64,000 bases of DNA. Origin: Lingula anatina (taxonomy: Eukaryota > Animalia > Brachiopoda). The stretch is taken from the NCBI GenBank assembly GCA_051362555.1, contig CM120640.1:56274788-56338787 (forward strand), read 5' to 3'. The position numbers and the translations under genes were made by a program. Every line of letters begins with the position of its first letter. The first letter of the stretch is position 1. Positions 12,839 through 26,377 of the stretch are shown here, piece by piece. Below the pieces are notes generated by a model. It did no database searches. It was not told the origin of the DNA and saw only the letters and a list, made by a program, of their open reading frames with translations.

Positions 12839-15800
12839 ATGGCGAGTGGTTATCTGCTGTCGTTTATGGCAGTAGTGTTTATTATTGGCGATTGTTATGG
12901 ATTTCCATTACTCGATAGATTGAAAGGAGATACAGATTCATGTGAGGATCTTTGCCTAAACACATATTCCCTTCACACATACGAGAAGGTAAGAATATGG
13001 GGAGTATTTCTGTTACTCACATTGGGAGTTAAGTATGGGGTATTTACATTGCATTGGTATGAACAAGTTGAGTGCTTCCGTTTAACGAGCGGTTGATTAT
13101 TTAGTAAAAAGTATTAATATTGTATTAGTCCCAGGACATGACTTAGTGTTTAACAGTATAACGGAAAACCGGGAAAATTACTATCAAAGCAGCCCGCCGC
13201 CCTCCAGGCTCCAGCTGAGGCTCTACAGGTACCACAGTGCTGGAGATGATCAGATGTAAACTCTTTAATGTAAACAGGTCCAAACTTTTGAAGTAAATGA
13301 AATATAAATTCTCAATAAAGCATTAAATGTTAAAGAATTTAAGAAACTCTAGTCAATAGGCCCCCAATTATAATTTACTTATTTACCACTGTACTATGAA
13401 CTGTAGGTAAAATTAAAAACAACATTCAACTTTCTCACCTGGCTATTTTCATCTTCCTGTCTGTTTGAATGATTCATATCATAGCTAATGCTCTTTGTTG
13501 TAAAAAAAAAAAAAAAAAAAAAATTGGCAAGCTAAATTAATTTGATATTTCAGGCATCACATCTAAATACATGTAGGAGAGGATGCAGACTTTTTTCTAT
13601 CATTGACTTCGTACATGAAGATAGTGACTTGAATGCTACAAGGGAGGCCTGTGCAGCAGGTGGGTAGAGATATGTAAGAACAGTAGATAATTTATACATA
13701 AGCATGCTGGTAGCATAGCAGTTTACTTAGGAAAGAGAGCAGCATTTTTTATTTAAAAGGGCATAGACTTGGAATAGTCAACTTTTCTTGTATTAAGAGG
13801 TATCTTTTAACTAATTCATGGTTAGGTTGGAATCTCTATATTTTGGATGTAAAAAGATGAAAGTAGTCACCAATTCACTTTCTTCTTGGTTTTTTTTATT
13901 TCTTTTAAAGATTGCATTTGCTTGTTTAATAGGTCCACTGCTCAGAACAAATGTGTCAAGTTCAGTTTATAAGCATAAAACATAGTTTGAAAATGCAAGT
14001 TTCTACATGGCTGAACTATGCATACTATAAAAAAAGGAAATTCAACAAATGGCTGAATGTGATTTTTTTTTTTATCCCAGCATGTACTGAGGCATATGAG
14101 GTGAAGGAGGAGGCACAGTCCTGTGAAGTGGGCTGTGGGGGACAGATGGAAACTACAAAAGTAACCAGGAAACAGGTGAGTAAAGAATTAAAAAATAAAT
14201 AAGATGTACAGAAAGCATTTAGTGAAGTTTTTCAAGTGAAAATTTACTGTTTTAGAAAAAAATAGAACATAGGTTATAAATCAGGAGTGTCAATTTTGTG
14301 ATACTAGTTAGAATCAATATCAACAAAAAGTCTTCATGTGGTAGTTTGTCTGGAAGTTTATATGTAACCCATAATTTTGGAGAGTGTCTGGTATGCTGAA
14401 GTTGGTTGGACTGCTATCAGAATATAGGTTCAACATAAAGGTTCTTTGTGTAAAACATTTTATAGCAATCACGTTGAAAGTCTGATTTCAGAAAACTAGA
14501 TAATAGTGAACTGAGAGCTAAAATGTCCTCTGCTATATACATTTCAGGTCACATGTCAAGTGTATTGTCTTTTCTAACCTACAGGGCTTTTAATGGGTTG
14601 AATGAAAAGCATAAGGTCTATTATGAAATTATATTCATTTTTAGGCTGAAGACTCACCTGCTGTTATCCATTCTGTGTTCCCCCTCCTCTATGTTCATGG
14701 GCTGTACAGCAATATGCGTGACAAGGTGTGGCATGGCTGGACGGTCAGGTGGTCGTACTACATGCAGGGAAACCAGGGTAGCATGGTCATACTTAGGTCT
14801 GAGCCACAGATATATACAGAGTTTGGCAGAGGGCCAGAGGGGCAAGGTAGGGGATGACATGCATATTTTTAGTTGTTTTTATTTATGTATGCTGGCACTG
14901 TATCTGTCTCTGTTGTTGCTGTCACTGCCACCGTCTTATACTTGTTGATCACCCTGTAACTGCCAACTTTTACTTTTTGTTTATTTTAAACCTAAAGAAT
15001 TTATTAATTCATTTTTTTATATTATGCATTTTGGTGATATTTGCCCAATAAGTGCAAAAACGGAATTTTTGTTTCACTTCAAATTTGCTGAGTGACTTTG
15101 TTTTCAAGTTTCTTACCAAAGTCAGCATGATTATTTTAACAAAATTTACTGTTTCTAATACTTAAGTGTGCCTGTTTTTGTTAGAATGAATGAATTAAAA
15201 TTACTTTTCAGTGTCAAGTGTGTATTTGCCAGGTTTCCTGTTTTTTGCGTATTTTTTAAGCAAGAGAATAAAAGTATACTAGAAATTGTAATGTGAGGTT
15301 GGCAATATTGCCCAGCATTTTAAAATAATATGAATATAGTAGTATCCTAATCTGCTGTCAGATAGTTTAAGGCTTCGTTCACATGGAAAGTCTATTTTCT
15401 AAAAATCTATTTTCTATTCGCGGTATCTTATGATCACAGTCTGTGCCCTGAATATCCTGCCGCGTAATTACTGGCAGTGCGAGCCAGTTACTTATAGTAA
15501 GCCAGTAATTACGCCACAGGATATTCAGGGCACAGACCGTGATCATAAGATATACCGCGAATAGAAAATAGAATTTAGAAAATAGACATTGCATGTGAAT
15601 GAAGCCTAAATGTCACAGTCACTAATAATCTCTACTCCATCATTGTTTGTAAATGTAGAATGTGAAGGTTAACATTTGAATTCGCTGTCCTACGCAGTGT
15701 TTGTCAACTGACTTGGGAAATACAGCTGCAATTTGCTTCAGTTTATACATTTGTTGCCTTATTTATCTTCAGAATACAAAACAGTAAATTATTTAGAGAC

Positions 15801-16458
15801 AAACTTAGAACCTGTGGACAATTCTGCCACACCCAACCTAAAAAGCTCTCAGATGCGATCCATAGATTTGAGTAAGGATGGCTTCCTGGATGGTAACTTT
15901 GATGATGAGGGTAGCTCAGACTGGCTGGGCTGTATATCTAAGAAGACAGGGCTGCCCAGACTGTTTTTGACACTGACTGTGCTCCTGTCTGTGATGGTGA
16001 TGATATGGCTCTGCCTCACCTCTGCTGCCACTGCTCCAGAACAAAGAATAAAAATGCAGGTAAAATGGCTCACTTAAATGTGCACTTGCAATGTTTGAAA
16101 CTGGTAAAATGAGTATCAATATCATGAAAACTAAGTTGATGTTCACAAATTTATTCTCTGAATGCCTCTACTTAACATTGTCTTACCTTTTTGTAACAAA
16201 ATATATTTAATATTGATGACAAAGATCTTTCACTTTTAGATAACACTTTACCATTAAACCATTCCCTCTGCGCAATATTTCTCTCTGGGGTCTTAATAGG
16301 ATAATGCTATGCGTGATGTTCTCTTTCAGAAATTGTCCATTCCTGGAGACTTTGATTATGTGAAGGAAGTCAGTGAAAAGGGACTGATGTATGTGCAACC
16401 ACAAGATAGATACGAAGCTGACCCACTGCCAATCAAGATAAAAGTGCAAAGAATTTAA
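12839..16458 (+). CDS. TMEM59: Transmembrane protein 59 (BSMAP family). Exons: 12839-12988, 13554-13659, 14081-14175, 14645-14846, 15773-16059, 16330-16458
   Basis: Signal peptide; CEDLCLNTYSLHTY; CRRGCRLFSI; ACTEAY...CEVGC; DWLGCISKKTGLPRL followed by a TM helix ending IWLC; ATAPEQ; KLSIPGD tail. All are typical of TMEM59. Confidence 0.92.
15371..15606. mobile_element. Palindromic MITE with TAA target-site duplication (PIF/Harbinger-Tourist-like), in TMEM59 intron 4
   Basis: TAA|GGCTTCGTTCACATG...CATGTGAATGAAGCC|TAA. The ~105-nt arms are near-perfect reverse complements. Confidence 0.85.
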
Positions 16459-17205
16459 TTTCATCAAACTCAGTGTTGTGACCTGGCATTTCATTAATTT
16501 TGATAAAGATGGAAATCCCTACATTTTTTCTTTAAAAGATAGTATTGATTAGGTAAAACAGTAAGTCTCATCAAAAGGTTCTGTTGATTATAAATGTGAT
16601 ATTCAGGAAACTGGTCATTATTTAATTATAATGTTTCTTTGGTGTCTCCAGTGGTACATTTCACTGTTTTGATGTCACTGTGTCTGGGGATTTATAAATT
16701 CATTTATGCGGTAAAACAAACCAGGGGATAAATTGATGTTGTGTTTTGAAACCAGTATGCATTTTGAGGAAGATTATAAAAATTATTATTAGGGTTGCTG
16801 TAAGATGGGAATAGTTAAGAATAGGTGATATAGGAGTTTTACGTATTTTTTTTCCTATTTGTGATATTTTGGTCTTCAGAACTGGCTTATACTGACGTGT
16901 GTGTGTGTTTGTGTGTGTGCGTGAGAGAGAGTGAGAGAGATTTGAGTAATTTGGTCTATTAGTATTATTACATTAATAGCAGTAAATCAGGTTTGCCTTT
17001 AATACAGTTGGCAAATAATTCATACATAGCCTGAATTGGACCTTGTGTTTGCTGAAAACACTCGCAAGTTCTCCCACAATCACTGGTGGGTAAACGGGAT
17101 AAAGTTGTACATGTTTACAATTAAAAGTAATATTTCATTGGGTTGATGATGTCATACCACACATTGAGCAATTGGCAAATTAGTCTTTTCCTTTTGGGTA
17201 TATAA

Positions 17206-17751
17206 GAGCGCATTCTCAACGAATTAAGCCAGGCTTTACAAAGCCGGTGACCTAAAAATGGCGGACGTACATGAAAGAAAAACCGCCTAATCTTTTAATA
17301 GTCTCTCCGCCTCCCCACACGTCGTCCCTGCGGGGTACAGTAATTAAATCTCGGCTCCGTTCGCCATGCGGAAGCTACCTGAGAAATATTAAGTGCGCAT
17401 GCTCATCAGTTAAACTCGTGGTGAAGAAAGCATGGCGGCTGAAGGCGATCGAAGGAAAAAAGCTCTTCTCTTCTATTATCTTTGAAAACAGAGACGAAAA
17501 AGGAATAATTTGGCCCGTAGAGCAGCAATGATTCGACTATCTACGGAGATAATATCACCAGAGATATTCACGGAAATATTAATGTTCGGAGCCGAGATTT
17601 AATTACTGTACCCCGCAGGGACGACGTGTGGGGAGGCGTGTGAGAGGCGGAGAGACTATTAAAAGATTAGGCGGTTTTTCTTTCATGTACGTCCGCCATT
17701 TTTAGGTCACCGGCTTTGTAAAGCCTGGCTTAATTCGTTGAGAATGCGCTC
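17206..17751. mobile_element. 546-bp non-autonomous DNA transposon with ~154-bp near-perfect TIRs and TAA TSD
   Basis: TAA|GAGCGCATTCTCAACGAATTAAGCC...GGCTTAATTCGTTGAGAATGCGCTC|TAA. The arms differ mainly by one short indel. Confidence 0.9.
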
Positions 17752-18949
17752 TAATAGTGTTAGCCTGAGCCACTGTCTAAATCAGTCGCTTCGTGGCAAG
17801 TTTGTAAGGCTTTGATGTAAATATGTTTTTGGATTATTTAATTGGGAAGTTTTGGGTGGGATAGGGCAGATTCGGAATTTTTTTTAATGTTTTATACAGA
17901 CCTCTTTTCTTTAAACTTAAATATTAACAGCGGTTGGAGATGTAACTCCTTCCTCTCAAAAGAAAAAACTGGTGATCATTATTTTTTTCTTCATATTATT
18001 ATTATTATTGAAACATCAATGTTTTAATTATGTTAAGGGGCCAGTGGTTGTTTTTGGTTGGGAATAAATTGTGAAAAAGACCTGTCTGAATTGCAGTTTT
18101 TGTCTGAATCAATTATTTCAATGATTCTTATTTCAGTTTTGTTTATTCATACTTGTGGCGTAGCCAAATAGCCCTATAGGTCGCAGAGAAAGGTTAAATT
18201 TCTTCGAGGCGAAACGTTTTGCAAGTGGTCATGCACCACAATCATTTTGGCACAAATACTCGATAGCACAACTACCAGAATGGCCGTTTACTCTGTACTG
18301 ACACAAAAAACCTGGGGTATGGTAGTATAACTGGTAATGTTAAACTTCCATGCGGGAGAGGAGGGGGGGCTTCACTTATTTCTATGATTTTACTTGATAT
18401 CAAAAGTGCATTATTTATTTTAATAGCTGATTGACCTAATATGAATTTTTACATAATTTGTTTCTTACACACATTTTTGTAACATTGGGAAAAATTACCA
18501 AGCAGTTAACCTTTCGTGGTTCAAGCGTAGTTTGAGTTAAACCCAAAGGTCTATCAGCAAGAGGCGTCAGTTAACGCTTTATTTTTCTCTATTTTTTAGC
18601 CCCAGCACTATCTAAATAGCATGTTTAATTCTTGTCATTTATGAGGACTTAACTCGCTGTTTTCAGCGATTCCAGTTTTCTTCTGGTGTAATTCCAATTT
18701 GTTTCACCATAACGGATAAGCGCTGATGGGGGTGCAATTCAGTTGCAATGAATTAAATGGCCCAAAATATGACTTGATAAAAACCATTTGTTCTCACAAC
18801 AGCTATTGTAGGTGGTTTTAGTTTCTTGGATACCGTTGTCTCCGGAGACTTATTGATCGACAAATATTGCGGCAGGTACCTGGTATTCTATACCTACTGT
18901 GGTCGAAGCAGATGAAGCCAGTTACTTTCAGGCATCATTTGCAACAGCA

Positions 18950-21900
18950 ATGAAGTCATTTGTGGGTTTGCAAGTAGTGCTTTTAGTGATATTTCTCACA
19001 GGATGCAAATGGTATGTACGTATTCTAATTTTAATTGTTCTACAGATTTGATAAAGTGTTGTTTTCTAGATAAGTTCCAAAAATGCGATTTATCTTCACC
19101 AATCGAAACTTGTCCACGAAGCTGAAGATCGGGCTTCTGAAGTGTTACATTATGGCTCTTTCTTTTCATATGACTGCAAAGCGTAGACTGTTTAATTCAA
19201 CGAAGTGATAATAGAAGTCCATTTCATTTTTTTACTTATAAAATTACATGTTATTGGATTTGGCATCAGATGAAATTGTGCATTATGACTGTTTGCAGAC
19301 TACTATTTTCTAAACTCCCAAAATAGTGTTTTGCTAGTTCAACTTTAAAGGGATAATAACTCTTCGTATGAGGTCTATATTTCACAACAGAAACATCGTG
19401 AACAACTCATAGAAATAAAATATATTCTGTTTTACGACAAAAACAGCAGTTATAGCTATTATTCTGATATCTGAACTTGTCTTCAGACCACGTCACCTCC
19501 ATTGATGGCTATACTCTGTTATAATCTCTTAAGAGAATTTAACAAAAAACCAAACTTTTTAGAAAAAAACCAGGGACTAACTTTGAATGTAAAAATGGAT
19601 TCATTAACCATTGGTAAGTATGGGAAAATTGTTGTTTACTCCAGGAAAATTCATTTTTTGGCCAAAACGAAGAGTTATTATCCCTTTAAGGTAATTTAAA
19701 CCGATTAGGTATGGTTTATGTGAAAATAATGCACTCGATGTCGTTTTTGTTTTGATAGCAGTTTGATCTCAGTTCTAATCGATTAAAGTGCAACTTGACC
19801 GCATATTATTTTAATGCAGACATTTTCTTTCTATTGTGGAAAGTGTAGTTTTAGTTGACGGGAAATTAATCTTAAACGTAAAACGTACTGAGGGAGGCGG
19901 GACTGCTCGTCTTATAGCCTACCCAATTTTAAGAAAGGTCGTTACACAGTTGGAAGCAAGATTCCACTTCTAGCATTTTCAGGAAGAATTGAATATTTAT
20001 ATTTTTTGACATTAACAAAGGTTGACAAGGAAAGTTTTTTCTGCAATAGGCCGTTTTGTTAGCGTGAATTGTTGGAAAAAATGTTTTCTCTTCCGTCAGT
20101 CCCGTTAAAAATGTGAAGACGCTGAATGGCTGTCTCTCTATTTTCTTTTCACAGTAAAGAAATTGAAAAGGTGGACTATACTGATGCAAAATCTTCCCTT
20201 CTTGCACAGATGGACCCACTTATTTACGATCCCGAAGTGAGACCTCATTTGATTTCCGGTGAGACAACATTCCTTTTTATAGACAATCGTTCTCTCTTCG
20301 TCTCTGTCTTTCTTTCTCTTACTAGTATAAATCGCAGTTCACTTATGACTACTGCATAAGTTTCAATTTTGGCTTATTTTAAAGAATTATATGTCTTCTG
20401 AATATCAATTTAAGGTACACCAGAGGTCGTCGCAGTGGGGATTGAAATCGACACATTCAGTGAAATAAGTGTCGCAAAAATGGTAAGTGTCACTTTTTTA
20501 AAGTACAGCTCCTTGAAGCTGAATAACTGTGGCTTATCGCACACTAAACTTTATAATGACAATACTCAACATGTCATGGGAAATTCTGATCTTCTTTCCA
20601 ATATTATTCTTGAGAGCATCAATAGTTCGGTAATTGTTGTCATAGAAACCCTACAGAAAACAGACCTGGTCAGAAGAATGTGCAGGCCAAGGTCGGTCAG
20701 TACGATAGGAGACCTCCTTGGATTGTCTTCTGGATGAAGAGGTGACATTATATTCTTTCTGTTGCCAGGATTTCACAGCTGAAATTTATCTTCGACAGTA
20801 CTGGATGGATCCAAGGCTTGCAGATAATGGTTCTTTTGGTCTACCAATATCTCTAACAGCCAGCGAAACGGTATCAAGTATCTGGAAGCCAGATTTGTAC
20901 TTTTTGAACGAGAAAAGTGCCAAGCTGCACAGTGTTCCCAGTCCAAACATTCTGTTGCGCATTTGGCCGACAGGGCAGATACTTTACTCTCAAAGGTATT
21001 TTTAGTTTTAAAACAATTCTCAATTAACTTTCGACGGGCAAAGATCAGATGTTATCTCGAAGTGGGTCATGGATAGTAAAATCAATCTCCTTAACATTTA
21101 CGAGTAGAGTAGAAGACGCTCACAAAATGTGTTTCCTTTCATACATTTTGTGACGATGTCAGTGAAATATCGCCCGCTTGCTATTGCATGGGGAACGGAT
21201 TTCTGGTACGCTCTCAACCCCTTCAGAGTAAGGGCAATGACAAGATTTGTCATCATCTATTACATACCTTAGTGTTAATGAACTTAAAATTTTGCAGCCC
21301 AAAATTCGTTCTTTTAAGCAGCCCAAAGCCTGGTGGCAAATCAATTTATACCAGAAATAAAAAGAATGAGTTAATTTATAAATTAATAATTGCAATGAAA
21401 TTGTAATCTAATGAGAGAAAAGAGAGAAAACTTAATTAAGGTTACACAGAAGAGGGTGTGATAGGATGCTTGTCGTGGCGTACTTCTTGTACATGTAGCT
21501 GCAAGTTTGACTACAGTTACGAAATGTCACCCATTCAACCGGACTATCTTTACAATTTTTTCCAGACTGTCCCTAACGATTGGTTGTCAGTTTGACTTTT
21601 TCAATTTTCCAATGGACGTACAGATATGTAAACTTGAGATGCAGAGCTGTGAGTATATATATGTATAGGTATTCGCAGGCTTAGCTATACACGTGCATGT
21701 ACTTATATGTATGCTGATGTACAGTAACAGTGATTTAATCATCATCTTTTGTAGATGGCAATTCTAGCCTTGTACTCTTTTGAACAATGCACATTAGTCA
21801 TGTTAGATATGTCAATAGTTGGTTGTCTAAGGATATTTTTATCATCCAGATACCAAAAATGAGTTTTTTCCTGTATCTTATTATTTAATAAGGCATATAT

Positions 21901-23086
21901 TTTTGTGCTGATGAAATGAAAAAACCCTCCAAAATATAAAATATCAGCGTTTACATTTGTTTCGTTGCAATGTATATAAGCATAGGCAACTCAAAGCTTT
22001 AATCGTCAGTTTAACACCTTTCTAATTTGAGGTGAGATAGCAGTCGGTATGGGGCGTAACTTCATCTCTGAACAAAATTGACAGAGTTGACCAGGGGTGT
22101 ATAGGTTACAATCCCGTGCCGTCATTTTGGTTTAAATGTTTTTGATATGGGGTTATGAGCCCATAATAACAAATTTTCATATAAGAAAGGCATTATTTTG
22201 CTTTATCAACGATAAAGTATAAACTAAGACTTTTAAGAAAAATCGCTGGCCGGGTCTTGGAGTACTAAATGGTCTCATAAAATCGGCGTTGAAACGGTGT
22301 GTTCAGATAACAGAGAAATTTGAGAAACCGATGTTTCAGTTTTAACCCCAAAACGCACTTATGACGTCACCCGTAAGATGACGTGTAAATGTTAATTAAT
22401 TTAGTCACCGGACAATAAGATTTATGTATGTATGTAGGACAGTAAATAAGGAGTTTTGGGCGAAGGGTGACACTATCCTTACCCAAGTGAATACCATATT
22501 ACTCAATTGAAACTAGCATCTTCTCCTCAGCTTCACGCGTTGATAGATAGGCCACAAGAATCTCCCTTTTCTCCAGAAAACCACTCCGCAAAAAAAGATA
22601 TCGGTGCGTGTTGTTTCGCGCTCTATGAGATCCTGAATTTCCTACTGCTTGGAGAAGTTATCACACAATTGTACACGTATTTTTCACAACATATTCGTTT
22701 TATTTTTCAGATGCGTACTCTACAGATGATCTCCATTTTAGGTGGCACGAGCCACCGATAGATTTTAGGAAAAGTGATCTTAATTTCCCAGAATTTGAAC
22801 TGATAGACATTGAAGTAGATCAATCCATAGAAGAGCATCAGGCTACAGGTAATGCACAGCGACATCAATATATTTAGTCAACTGTAACCATGGTCGTTGA
22901 TAGGCTGGGACAGAGCCATTTATCTCGTATTTTTTTTCCTGATTAGACTGGTTTAGAGGAACCTCCTCAGCAGAGGGCCTTTGTCACTTTAACCTCTGGC
23001 TACAGACCTGATAACCAGCAGTAACAGATACCATTCACTTGAAATATATATAAAAGTATATAAAAATTCAATTTTACTGTGCACTT

Positions 23087-23128
<42 letters not shown>

Positions 23129-24187
23129 GCCCATAGCCAGCAAATTCAAAAGCGGGGTTCTTTTCTGAAAAAAGTGGACCTTTTACAATGAAACCTCTAT
23201 GTACCTAGATCAAACTTTACGCAGAATGGACAAAAAGGGCGGTTCTTCCCCCCCCCCCCCCCCCCCCTGTATATTGACAATCCTCCTTGTGATTTTTGAT
23301 CTGCCACGTCATTAAGTACGGTTGTTTCAATCCAGGTAATTATTCTCGGCTGATAGTTGCAGTCCGCATTAAACGCGATTCCCGCCCTTACATCATCAAC
23401 ATCTACGTTCCAAGTACAGTAGTGGTCATTCTTAGCTTCATGAGCATGTGGATAGACCCCAGGGCGGTTCCAGCCAGGGTGACCATAGGGATCATCACAG
23501 TCCTGACCACTATGACCCAGAGTGTCAATATCCAGCAGGAGTTGCCAAAAGTTTCGTACGTGAAGGCAGTAGATGTGTGGCTGGCGGCTTGCTTGGTGTT
23601 CGTGGTAGGAGCCATGCTCCAGTACGCATTGGTGAATGTGCTGCTGCAAAGGGAGGCAGACAGAAATAAAAAGGTAATGGTAGAAGTTTGGAGAAAATTT
23701 GATTTCATTGATGGTCTTATTTATACGCAAAACATTCGCCACGATAATATTGTATAAGATGACATATGCTTGACTGAAAAGAAAATACTAAAGTGGATTT
23801 CAAAATAGACCAAACAGTGCGCAGTTACAATTTTTTGTTTCAGGGAACCTTAATAACAGAGCGATGGTGTTCTAAAGAAAAAGTGCAAAGTAAAAAGGAA
23901 TAATGAATATAATTCCCTTGCATTTCATTTACAGCATGTGCAAAGTTTTATATTAGAATAGCAAAACACGCCCTACTGAAGGCGAATACAGTGGCCTCAT
24001 GTATTTCCAGGAACCGCACCATGCAGTAAATCGTGTCAATCCGGAAGCCTTATCAATGACCGACACACCCGCACCATTGGTCAGCTACTGGTCCCCCGGA
24101 AAGGTGGACATGTTTGGAAGAGTGGTGTTCTTTGTGGGATTTGCAGTTTTTAATCTGTTTTATTGGCTTTTTTATGTGCTGTTATAA
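18950..24187 (+). CDS. Cys-loop ligand-gated chloride channel subunit (GABA-A/glycine receptor superfamily). Exons: 18950-19011, 20155-20258, 20415-20482, 20769-20995, 21566-21648, 22711-22848, 23336-23673, 24011-24187
   Basis: Signal peptide; YDPEVRP; YLRQYWMDPRL; IWKPDLYFLNEK; Cys-loop CQFDFFNFPMDVQIC; M2 with the PAR anion filter (AVPARVTIGIITVLT); LPKVSYVKAVDVW; M4 ending FNLFYW. Confidence 0.93.
23089..23125. repeat. (TA)n microsatellite abutting the dispersed repeat copy
   Basis: Perfect dinucleotide run. Confidence 0.9.
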
Positions 24188-24946
24188 CAGTATGGCAAAA
24201 AGGGTACTTTATTCGCAGGATTTCTGATAATGTAGAAAGAGAGAGATTGCTTCACTAAGAATATGACAAACGTCTACGCCCATCTAAGAAACTGAAGCGA
24301 ACGTCCATTGGTTGTTCAAATTGTAGGTGATATATGAAAATAAATAGTAACAAAGACAAAAAATTAGGTGTAATGAGAGAAACTATAAATTTAAATTCCG
24401 ATTTTATCGATACAATTTTTGGTGTCCTTCTCTTACTGGCATGATAGATATGGGCATCCAATCCATCTAGTCGGTGCCAAGTAGCTTCCATGGAATGGGG
24501 TGGGTTGACAGGAAGAAGAAAAATCGAGGAGTCTGCATCTGATGTTATCAACACTATTATGGCCACTTGACTATGCTTTATCATGAAAATGGTTATCATT
24601 GGCAGTTTATATCTAGCCAGGTTGTTAAATCGACATCGGGTTTGATACATTAGTCAAAATGAGCAAATGGAATGTATGCATTGTTTTGTGTTTAAAAGGA
24701 AGTAATATTTCAATAGCTAGATATAAAATCTATAACTTGCTTTGAAATAATAATGCAATTGGGCATTAGGCTCTTTATCATTCTACATCCCACGGCTGGG
24801 GCTTCATACTTGGTGTACGAGGTGTTCGCTTGCCTGTACAACATGTAGGTCTCGCTGATGATTCTCTTGTGTTTCGAATCCATTGCACGACTCTTCTTGT
24901 ATCTAGTAGATAGGGATCAATTGTACAATTGTACCTGACGTATCTA

Positions 24947-26332
24947 CACACACTGGACAAAAGAAGTGTCACCCCTACCGAGCCAATACTATGGGGGAGA
25001 TAAATGACTGTGGAATGATATGCTCCTGGTATCATTTTATTAACATCAAATTTCACAAAAAATAACAAAATGAGAACAAAATATACATTTTACCAAAATA
25101 TGCAGTTTCAAGTCCAAAATTAGTACTTAGTGGCATAGCCACGTGACTTAATAATAGGTGCCAGTCTACGAAGCAAGGTTTCATATAATTGTCTGATGCG
25201 TTCAGGGCTTATGCTGGCCCAAGCATGGAACACTGAATATAACAGAGTTTCTCTGCTGGTTAGACGGGCATTTGTCAAAAGTTTTGACATATCATTCCAC
25301 ACATTTTCAATTATGTTTGCACCCGGACTCTGGGCAGGCCACATCACCCTGCGAATGTCCTGTTGGTCAAACCAATCATCAACTGCTCTGGGCCTGTGAC
25401 AAGGAGCATTGTCATCCTGGTGTACAAATGGATAATTCCTGTCACCAAACATGTTAGTATTAGATGGTAGCAAGCCTGACTCCAAAATATCGATATATTT
25501 CTAGTGATTCATGTTTCCATTAACCACTATTAATGCGCCCAAGCCAAGGATGCTGATGCAGCCCCACACCATGATGAATATGCTGCTCCGGGTTCGAAAA
25601 TTTAGTGCATGTGGTTCAAATGCTTTACCAGCAGTTTGCCAGCATAGTACCCGTCTGTCATCAGAGGTCAGACCAAAGCGACACTCATCAGAAAAAATAT
25701 ATAGGACCAATTGTCATGATCTGTCCAGTTCCAGATCCTGTTGACCCTAGTTTACTCTACGTTGCCTGTTTTGCAACGATATAAGAGGTTTCAGTCTTGC
25801 TACCCTGCTGTACACTCTCTGAGCATGTAACCGACGCCTAGCAATTTTCACAGACACATTCTTATGTGTGAAATTGTTCCACTGTGTTGTCAACTGACAA
25901 GCAGTGTCGGACTTTGACAACCTGGACATCAAAATCAGTCGTCGGTCTTCACGGCCAGTATTTTTTCTTGGACGACCCATCAGAGGCAATTTGTCTCTTG
26001 ATCCAGTGTTTCTATACCAAGACCAGACCCTCTGCACGGTTCTGACTGAACAATTCAATTGTATCGCTATTCTGACATTGCTTATATTCCGCCTCTTCAG
26101 GTTAATAACTTGCACCTATAACCGTTAGATAATTGCCTGTATCTTGTCATATTGGAGGAAGACAGGCATAACATTTGCTGTACATGCACAAGACCAACAA
26201 TACAATTCCATGGTATACCAGTTTTATACTCATTAGTCACATTATAAGTAGACCAAGCATTATAAGTACCCAAGATCTGCCTACTTTTATTACTCTGAGT
26301 TAGGGGGTGACACTTCTTTTGTCCAGTGTGTG
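24947..26332 (-). mobile_element. Tc1/mariner (DD34E) transposon, full length (1386 bp), transposase disrupted
   Basis: TA TSD and perfect 29-bp TIRs (CACACACTGGACAAAAGAAGTGTCACCCC). Broken ORFs carry the HTH region with GRPRK, plus FSDECRF, VWGCIS, QDDNAPCH and WPAQSPGANIIENVW. Confidence 0.95.
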
Positions 26333-26377
26333 TATCTTTGTATATCCAATCCATTCCCCTTGTGTACATATATTATT

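Noticed and set aside
17271-17531. 86-aa ORF inside the long-TIR element
   Set aside because: It starts within the TIR and has no transposase motifs. Likely a chance ORF.
23197-23742. 181-aa antisense ORF, and similar antisense ORFs at 7200-7463, 15849-16073 and 55417-55734
   Set aside because: These are shadows of real coding exons on the opposite strand, with no independent support.
23842-23890. Possible extra M3-M4 loop exon of the Cys-loop gene after tttgtttcag
   Set aside because: No convincing frame-preserving donor, and the flanking exons already join in phase.
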